A stretch of DNA of 39,704 nucleotides. It comes from a bacterium (GTDB lineage: Bacteria; Zhuqueibacterota; Zhuqueibacteria; Zhuqueibacterales; Zhuqueibacteraceae). Of the stretch, positions 34,477 to 39,704 are shown piece by piece. The stretch is from positions 1-39,704 of the forward strand of contig JBIOXB010000052.1 in the NCBI GenBank assembly GCA_044869275.1, in the 5' to 3' direction. Position 1 is the first letter of the stretch. The number at the start of each line of letters is the position of its first letter. A program made the position numbers and the translations under genes. The notes beneath the pieces are model-generated. The model was not told the origin of the DNA. It did not search any database and saw only the letters and a program-made list of their open reading frames with translations.

Positions 34477-36066
34477 ATGATCGTATTCGACAAAAAGCGA
34501 ACCACGAAGGTCATCGTCCTCGGACTATTGTTGCTAGCAGCAGGAGTCTGGCGGATTTATGATTGTTACAAGTTGGACATATGGGTGGATGAAGCATCTT
34601 CCTTACGCACCGCGAGTGGCTCTCTGGTTTCGACCTGGAAGAGTGCGGTATATTTTCAACTCCAACCTCCTGTGTATTTTCTCCTCCTGAATTTATGGTT
34701 AAAGATTTCTGCCTCCCTGGAATTTGCTCGCTTGCTGTCAGTTTTGTTTTCTCTCTTGTCCGTGTTTTTTGTCTATCGAACTTGGAGGTATTTGTTCGGT
34801 GACGAATTTTACTGGGTGGCACCGGTCATTTTGCTGGTTCATAGCTTTCACCTTTGGGCCGCATCAGAGGCAAGGGGATATGCGTCAGTCATTTTCTTTA
34901 CCTCGGCAAGTACTTATTACTTCATCAAACTCCTCCTGAGAAAAGACGGCAAAGGGTCTTTCGTGGTGGATGCTTTTCTCTATACTTTGTCATCACTACT
35001 GGGAGTCTTTATTAACTATTACGTTGGATTCTTGTTGCTCGGACATTTCTTGAACGCACTGTTTTGGTTCGAAAGGAAAGCATTTCTTCGATTGCTGGCT
35101 TGTTATCTTCTGATTGGCTTCGTACTTCTGCTCTGGCTTCCGGTCATCCAGGAACAGCTATCGTCACGGCCTCCGGAAGACCCGGGGAACCGGCCTCCGG
35201 CGTTCGAATCGGGTCTGCCCGTTCTCAATGATCTTGCAGTCACGGTCAAGCCGATTTATTTGCTGGCGAAATTTGTCGTCTTTTTCCCTACCTCCTCCTT
35301 GGCAAGTAAAATGTCTGTGCTCGCTCTTTTTGTGCTCATCGTCGTGGCGGTCATTGTTTTGAGAACTAGCTTCGGAAGAGGTAAACTGGTCCACGGAGAA
35401 AGAGTTTTCCTGCTCATGAGTTTGGCGCCTATTTCGAGTCTGTTCATATTGAGCATGATGGCTCCCGAGCTTGTCAACGTAAAGTATTATGTCGTTTCAT
35501 TAGGCAGCCTCACTTTATTTCTAAGCACTTTGCTTCAAAACTTGAACGGGAAAACGGTTAGAAATATTTCAGCCTTCATCTTTGTTTGCACTTTTTTGTC
35601 TATTTCAATTTTTCAGGAGACAAAATTTTCGAAGGGAACGTGGAAAGCGCTGTGCCAGCATGTGGAGTCAAGTGAGGAAGGCGGAGACCTAATCCTCTTC
35701 TTCAATTCCATCACTTTCAAGACCCTGTTTGGCCATCATTACAAAGGCCGCAATGCCATGTATGCTGTTCCGCATGAACCCAGGTATGACAAATATGATT
35801 TTCGCAGACGCATTATTCAAAGTGAGGAACAAATCATTGACTTCTTTCAAAAAAGAATCGGCGCCAGCGGCCGGATATGGTTGATCGGCAGAGACGACGT
35901 TTTTGGCCGGCAGCCGGGTGGGCTCGATCTGAACGGCGGGATCTTGAAAAGGTATCTAGAGGAGCGCTTTGATCTTGTCAAAAAGGAGCACTTCGAGAAT
36001 ACGGCCGTCGTTCGTCTCTTCGTGAGAAAAAGTGCCGTGTCGGCGGCAGAGAGGAAAAGTGATTGA
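34477..36066 (+). CDS. Multi-pass membrane GT-C protein, PMT_2 / GT39 / ArnT-like
   Basis: LDIWVDE acidic motif after TM1, QPPVYFLLL..W, ARLLSVLF, SEARGYA, many TMs and a soluble C-terminal domain. Confidence 0.82.
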   Translation: MIVFDKKRTTKVIVLGLLLLAAGVWRIYDCYKLDIWVDEASSLRTASGSLVSTWKSAVYFQLQPPVYFLLLNLWLKISASLEFARLLSVLFSLLSVFFVYRTWRYLFGDEFYWVAPVILLVHSFHLWAASEARGYASVIFFTSASTYYFIKLLLRKDGKGSFVVDAFLYTLSSLLGVFINYYVGFLLLGHFLNALFWFERKAFLRLLACYLLIGFVLLLWLPVIQEQLSSRPPEDPGNRPPAFESGLPVLNDLAVTVKPIYLLAKFVVFFPTSSLASKMSVLALFVLIVVAVIVLRTSFGRGKLVHGERVFLLMSLAPISSLFILSMMAPELVNVKYYVVSLGSLTLFLSTLLQNLNGKTVRNISAFIFVCTFLSISIFQETKFSKGTWKALCQHVESSEEGGDLILFFNSITFKTLFGHHYKGRNAMYAVPHEPRYDKYDFRRRIIQSEEQIIDFFQKRIGASGRIWLIGRDDVFGRQPGGLDLNGGILKRYLEERFDLVKKEHFENTAVVRLFVRKSAVSAAERKSD

Positions 36067-36080
36067 AGCGGAATGGTGCC

Positions 36081-37154
36081 ATGAAAAGGGATGAGCGCGT
36101 AGATGCTTTTCGTGCCAAGACGATTTGGATCGATCTCGACAATTCACCCCATGTCCCGTTCTTCAAGCCCATCATCGAAAAACTCCAGGAGCAGGGCCAC
36201 GAGCTCATCCTCACGGCGCGTGGTTGTTATCAAGTAAGGGAGCTGGCTGAATTTCACGGCCTCCGCTGCCAAGTGATGGGGAGGCATTATGGCAGGAGCA
36301 AAATTCTCAAAGTGCTGGGGCTATTGCTGCGCGCCATGCAATTGATGCCAACGGCATGGCGCCACCGGCCGGACTTGGCGCTGTCCCATGGTTCTCGCGC
36401 GCAAACACTGGTCGCCGCCATCCTGGGCATACCCAGCGCATGGATGGACGACTATGAGTATGGCAAGATGTTGCCATTCATACACCCGACATGGTTGGTT
36501 GTTCCGGAGGTAGTCTCACGGCATTTCCCGGCAAAGCGAATCAGGGCTATTTGCAAATACCCGGGCATCAAAGAAGATATCTATGTCCCGTCTTTCAAGC
36601 CGGATGGCGGTATCTTGGAGTGCTTGGGCATTCAGAATGATGACTTGGTGATCACGATTCGGCCGCCAGCTACGGAAGCCCATTATCACAATACTCACAG
36701 CGAAGCGCTCTTTGAGGCCTCCCTCGACTTTCTATGTCAAAATCAGAGCACCCGCGTGGTTCTGTTGCCGCGCAACGAGAAGCAAGCGGTTTGGATAAAG
36801 CAGAAGTGGCAGAAGTGGTGTGCGCAACGCAAGATTGTGTTGCCAGACCATGTGGTGAATGGGCTCAACCTGATATGGCATTCCGATCTGGTGATCAGCG
36901 GAGGCGGCACCATCATTCGAGAGGCAGCTGCATTAGGCGTGCCAGCGTACAGTATTTTCCGTGGCACAATCGGCGCCATTGATCGTCATCTGGTGCACAT
37001 GGGGCGTCTGGTGCTTTTATCGAGCGTCACGGATGTCCGTAGCAAGATTGTCCTGGCACGGCGCCGGCGGCCGGCCAAACCTGACCACGCTAACCCTGCT
37101 GCTCTGCGCCACATTGTCGGCGGAGTCGAGGCGATGCTGAACGAGTGCGCTTGA
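36081..37154 (+). CDS. DUF354-family protein (GT-B-like fold)
   Basis: IWIDLDNSPHVPFFKP, LTAR, GRHYG, LSHGS, DDYE, YPGIKE, IRPPATEAHY, ISGGGT..REAAALGVP. Start is TTG 36063 or ATG 36081. Confidence 0.82.
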   Translation: MKRDERVDAFRAKTIWIDLDNSPHVPFFKPIIEKLQEQGHELILTARGCYQVRELAEFHGLRCQVMGRHYGRSKILKVLGLLLRAMQLMPTAWRHRPDLALSHGSRAQTLVAAILGIPSAWMDDYEYGKMLPFIHPTWLVVPEVVSRHFPAKRIRAICKYPGIKEDIYVPSFKPDGGILECLGIQNDDLVITIRPPATEAHYHNTHSEALFEASLDFLCQNQSTRVVLLPRNEKQAVWIKQKWQKWCAQRKIVLPDHVVNGLNLIWHSDLVISGGGTIIREAAALGVPAYSIFRGTIGAIDRHLVHMGRLVLLSSVTDVRSKIVLARRRRPAKPDHANPAALRHIVGGVEAMLNECA

Positions 37155-37166
37155 ATTGCGGGAAAA

Positions 37167-38438
37167 ATGTCATTCCATCATGCCAACAAACCGATCACCA
37201 CGGCACCCCAAGCCCTGATCGTCACCAACATTCCCACCCCCTACCGTATCGCTTTGTTCAATGAATTGCGCCGACAACTGAAGAGTTATGGAGTCGATCT
37301 CAAAGTAGTCTTTGGCGCTCTGGGATGCGCCCGCCGCCAATGGGCAGTCAATATGTCGGAATGCCAATTCGACTATGAAGTGCTGCCCTCCCGGAGCATT
37401 CCATTCGCTGACCCAGCGAATGGTAGTTTTACCTATTCAGGCCTATGCCGTATCATCTCAAGAGAAAGTTCTGACGTCATCATCTCCAATGGATTTTCAC
37501 TGGCCACAACTAAGTTGTGGTGGAGATCATGGTTGCGGCCCACTCCGTATCTGATCTGGTCGGGTGAGCTCCATTGCCAGAAACGAGCCTCCGCTAACTC
37601 AGTATTGAGAAGGCCGCAGCGAAAGCTGCTGATTCGAAGAGCGGCAGGCTTTATTGCCTATAGCAGCAAAGCGAAGGAATACCTCATCTCCATGGGCGCT
37701 GAAGCCGGCAAGATTCAAGTTGCTCTCAATACGGTCGACACTGCATTCTACGCCAGAGAAACGGCGAAGCTGCGCCGGGGCTCCCAGACAGACACTGGCA
37801 AAAAGCACCTTCTGTATGTTGGCCGATTCATCGCGGGCAAGGAGGTGTTGAGTTTGCTGAAAAGCATACATCTTCTCTCTAAGGCCAGATTTGATTTTGT
37901 ACTGGACCTGGTTGGAGACGGGGAGGAAAATGCTCTACTCCAAAAATATGTCGCCGATCACCAATTGAACGATTTCATAAAATTTCACGGCTATAAGCAA
38001 AAATGGGATATTCCGGCATTCATGGCGCGAGCGTATGGCTTCCTCTTTCCCACTGAAATCGACATTTGGGGTCTGGTTTTGAACGAGGCCATGGCGGCCG
38101 GATTGCCATGTTTTGCCTCCGTGCACGCCGGTGCGACCCAGGATTTGATCAGAGATGGAATCACCGGCTTTGTCACAGATTTTTCCCAAATCGTGAAGGT
38201 GGCAGAAAAATTGAATTGGATCTTGGACCATCCGGAAGAGGCCAGGCAAATCGGCCAGCAGGCGACTCGTTTTATCGCGGCACATGCCAGCTTGGAAAAA
38301 TCAGCGTTCGGTTTTCTCCAGGCAATTATGGCCACCTTGGCCAGGAACCATCCGGGCGCGGAGTACCCAGGAGCTTCGCGCCGTGGTGAGGGCAACGCGG
38401 CGGTGAAAGCGTCTGAGCCAATGGAGCACGAAGCATGA
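37167..38438 (+). CDS. GT4 glycosyltransferase
   Basis: TNIPTPYR, NTVDT, LYVGRF...K, LVGDG, FPT..DIWGLVLNEAMAAGLP, DGITG. Confidence 0.92.
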   Translation: MSFHHANKPITTAPQALIVTNIPTPYRIALFNELRRQLKSYGVDLKVVFGALGCARRQWAVNMSECQFDYEVLPSRSIPFADPANGSFTYSGLCRIISRESSDVIISNGFSLATTKLWWRSWLRPTPYLIWSGELHCQKRASANSVLRRPQRKLLIRRAAGFIAYSSKAKEYLISMGAEAGKIQVALNTVDTAFYARETAKLRRGSQTDTGKKHLLYVGRFIAGKEVLSLLKSIHLLSKARFDFVLDLVGDGEENALLQKYVADHQLNDFIKFHGYKQKWDIPAFMARAYGFLFPTEIDIWGLVLNEAMAAGLPCFASVHAGATQDLIRDGITGFVTDFSQIVKVAEKLNWILDHPEEARQIGQQATRFIAAHASLEKSAFGFLQAIMATLARNHPGAEYPGASRRGEGNAAVKASEPMEHEA

Positions 38439-39704
38439 GCTTTTTTGGCTTCCTGTTGCTGGCGCTGCTGGTGTTGAACACGACGCTAAGATTTTTCACG
38501 AATTATCTCAATGTGGTACCCAGACTGTTCAACATCGCAGATGTCTTCATGGTGGGCTTGTTCCTGCTATTGTTCCTCGGTCACAAAGGGGCCACGACGC
38601 TGCACCGGAAAGAATTTGATCGCCTCGTTATTTTCAATCTCATTCTGGTCTCGGGCGCTTTACTGAATCTCGAATACTTGCACGCGCAGGCCACAGCCAG
38701 CCAGCTCATCATGTGGAATGAACCAATCATATTGTTCCTGGTCCTGATAAACTTGCCGTTTTCCTTGCGCGACGTCCGAGCCTTCAATCGGCTGCTCTTT
38801 GCGCTCATCATTTTTGAATTCCTCGTGGGAATCACGCAAGTGCCGATCTACCTCGAGACCGGGCAGTCGGAGTCCATCATCGGCTCTTTCCATGGGAACG
38901 CCGAGCAATATGGCGCCTTTGTCATGATCGGAGTATTTTATTTGATGGGAAAGTGGAGGGTGGAGCCTGCGCGCAGGGTCTATCATGGCATAACCCTCTT
39001 GGGCATGTTGGCGTTGATCTTGCTCATCGATAATAAAGCCTCCTGGATAGGAATAGCACTTTCGATTCTCTATTTGCTGCATCGCATGGGCGGCTTGGAC
39101 GCACACCCGACCTCCAAGATCAAGTATGTCTTCGCATTCTCTCTCTTGTCCCTATTCGGGCTTTTCGTCATCGGCAATAGCTCAAGCTCGCTTTATAAAT
39201 ACGCCACGATACAGCAGGCATGGCAGAGCGGCAATTTTTTTAATCTCGGCAAATTCAAGGCCTATCGTGACGTGTTTACGGCATACACCCATAACCCCTA
39301 CATGGCATTGGTCGGTTCCGGTCCCGCGACTTTCTATTCCCGAGCCTCCAGTCAGTTTTATGGTCTGAGTGAGGACATGTTCATAAATCCCCTCGCCCGT
39401 TTAGCCGACGGAAAAAATGCCTATCGTGTTTCGGATTCAATGGGAGGGGTGATCGAGAAAACCGAAGCCGAGCCCTTTTTTAAGACCTTTTTCCTTGAAA
39501 GCAAGATTTACACCGTGGGAAGCGGCACGGCCGACGATCCTTTTTTCTCATTTGTGGCGCTCCTGGGAGAAACCGGAATATTGGGTACTTTGGTGTATTT
39601 GGGGATTTATGTCATGGTCTTCAAGAAGCTATCTTTCTGCTTCGATAGATTTCGGAAAGATGCAGCTCTGTTTCCCTTGACGGCCTCTACCCTCGGATTT
39701 CTGG
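38435..39704 (+). CDS. Multi-pass membrane protein, probable Wzy polymerase / O-antigen ligase family (3' end beyond the window)
   Basis: Absent from the ORF track because it has no stop in the window. ATGA overlaps the GT4 stop. My translation MSFFGFLLLALLVLN...IGSFHGN...IDNKASWIG...LVGSGPATF...LLGETGILG stays open to the end, with many TMs and Wzy_C-like G.G.G and E.G..G motifs. Confidence 0.7.
   Translation, partial: MSFFGFLLLALLVLNTTLRFFTNYLNVVPRLFNIADVFMVGLFLLLFLGHKGATTLHRKEFDRLVIFNLILVSGALLNLEYLHAQATASQLIMWNEPIILFLVLINLPFSLRDVRAFNRLLFALIIFEFLVGITQVPIYLETGQSESIIGSFHGNAEQYGAFVMIGVFYLMGKWRVEPARRVYHGITLLGMLALILLIDNKASWIGIALSILYLLHRMGGLDAHPTSKIKYVFAFSLLSLFGLFVIGNSSSSLYKYATIQQAWQSGNFFNLGKFKAYRDVFTAYTHNPYMALVGSGPATFYSRASSQFYGLSEDMFINPLARLADGKNAYRVSDSMGGVIEKTEAEPFFKTFFLESKIYTVGSGTADDPFFSFVALLGETGILGTLVYLGIYVMVFKKLSFCFDRFRKDAALFPLTASTLGFL

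Noticed and set aside
35167..35200. CGGCCTCCGG repeated 24 bp apart (RPPEDPGNRPP)
   Set aside because: Only two 10-bp copies within a coding loop; not a CRISPR or VNTR.

Overview
The window is one co-oriented (+ strand) bacterial locus: a regulatory block followed by a surface-polysaccharide operon of more than 33 kb that runs off the right edge. The regulatory block (468-5317) encodes a membrane hybrid histidine kinase (TM-GAF-PAS-HisKA-HATPase-REC), a stand-alone Hpt protein and an NtrC-family sigma54 activator. Two correctly spaced -24/-12 sigma54 promoters are visible: 3414-3429 before hpt/ntrC-like and 5602-5617 before the polysaccharide operon. The operon (5748 to >39704) starts with an XRE regulator and a UpxY/NusG-paralog antiterminator. 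Next come Wza-like export, Wzc, and a priming phosphoglycosyl transferase with a degenerate GGDEF-like N-terminus that keeps an RxxD I-site. It also encodes amino-sugar enzymes (2 Gfo/Idh/MocA, DegT, WecB, 4 hexapeptide acyltransferases, an FAD oxidoreductase), an ACP-SDR-AMP-ligase cassette, and two deacetylase-like proteins. Further genes are two paralogous secreted GHSMG lipase/esterases (one with 3 Calx-beta and 2 CHRD domains), two DPM/ArnC-like GT2s, two GT-C membrane transferases, DUF354, GT4 and a truncated Wzy-like gene. A 147-bp MITE-like element lies at 34292-34438. The NFPNPF/FlgD-Ig C-termini and UpxY suggest an FCB-group organism such as KSB1 or Calditrichota, which is inference only. 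I saw no rRNA, tRNA, CRISPR array or transposase. All family calls come from motif recognition by eye; no searches were run.
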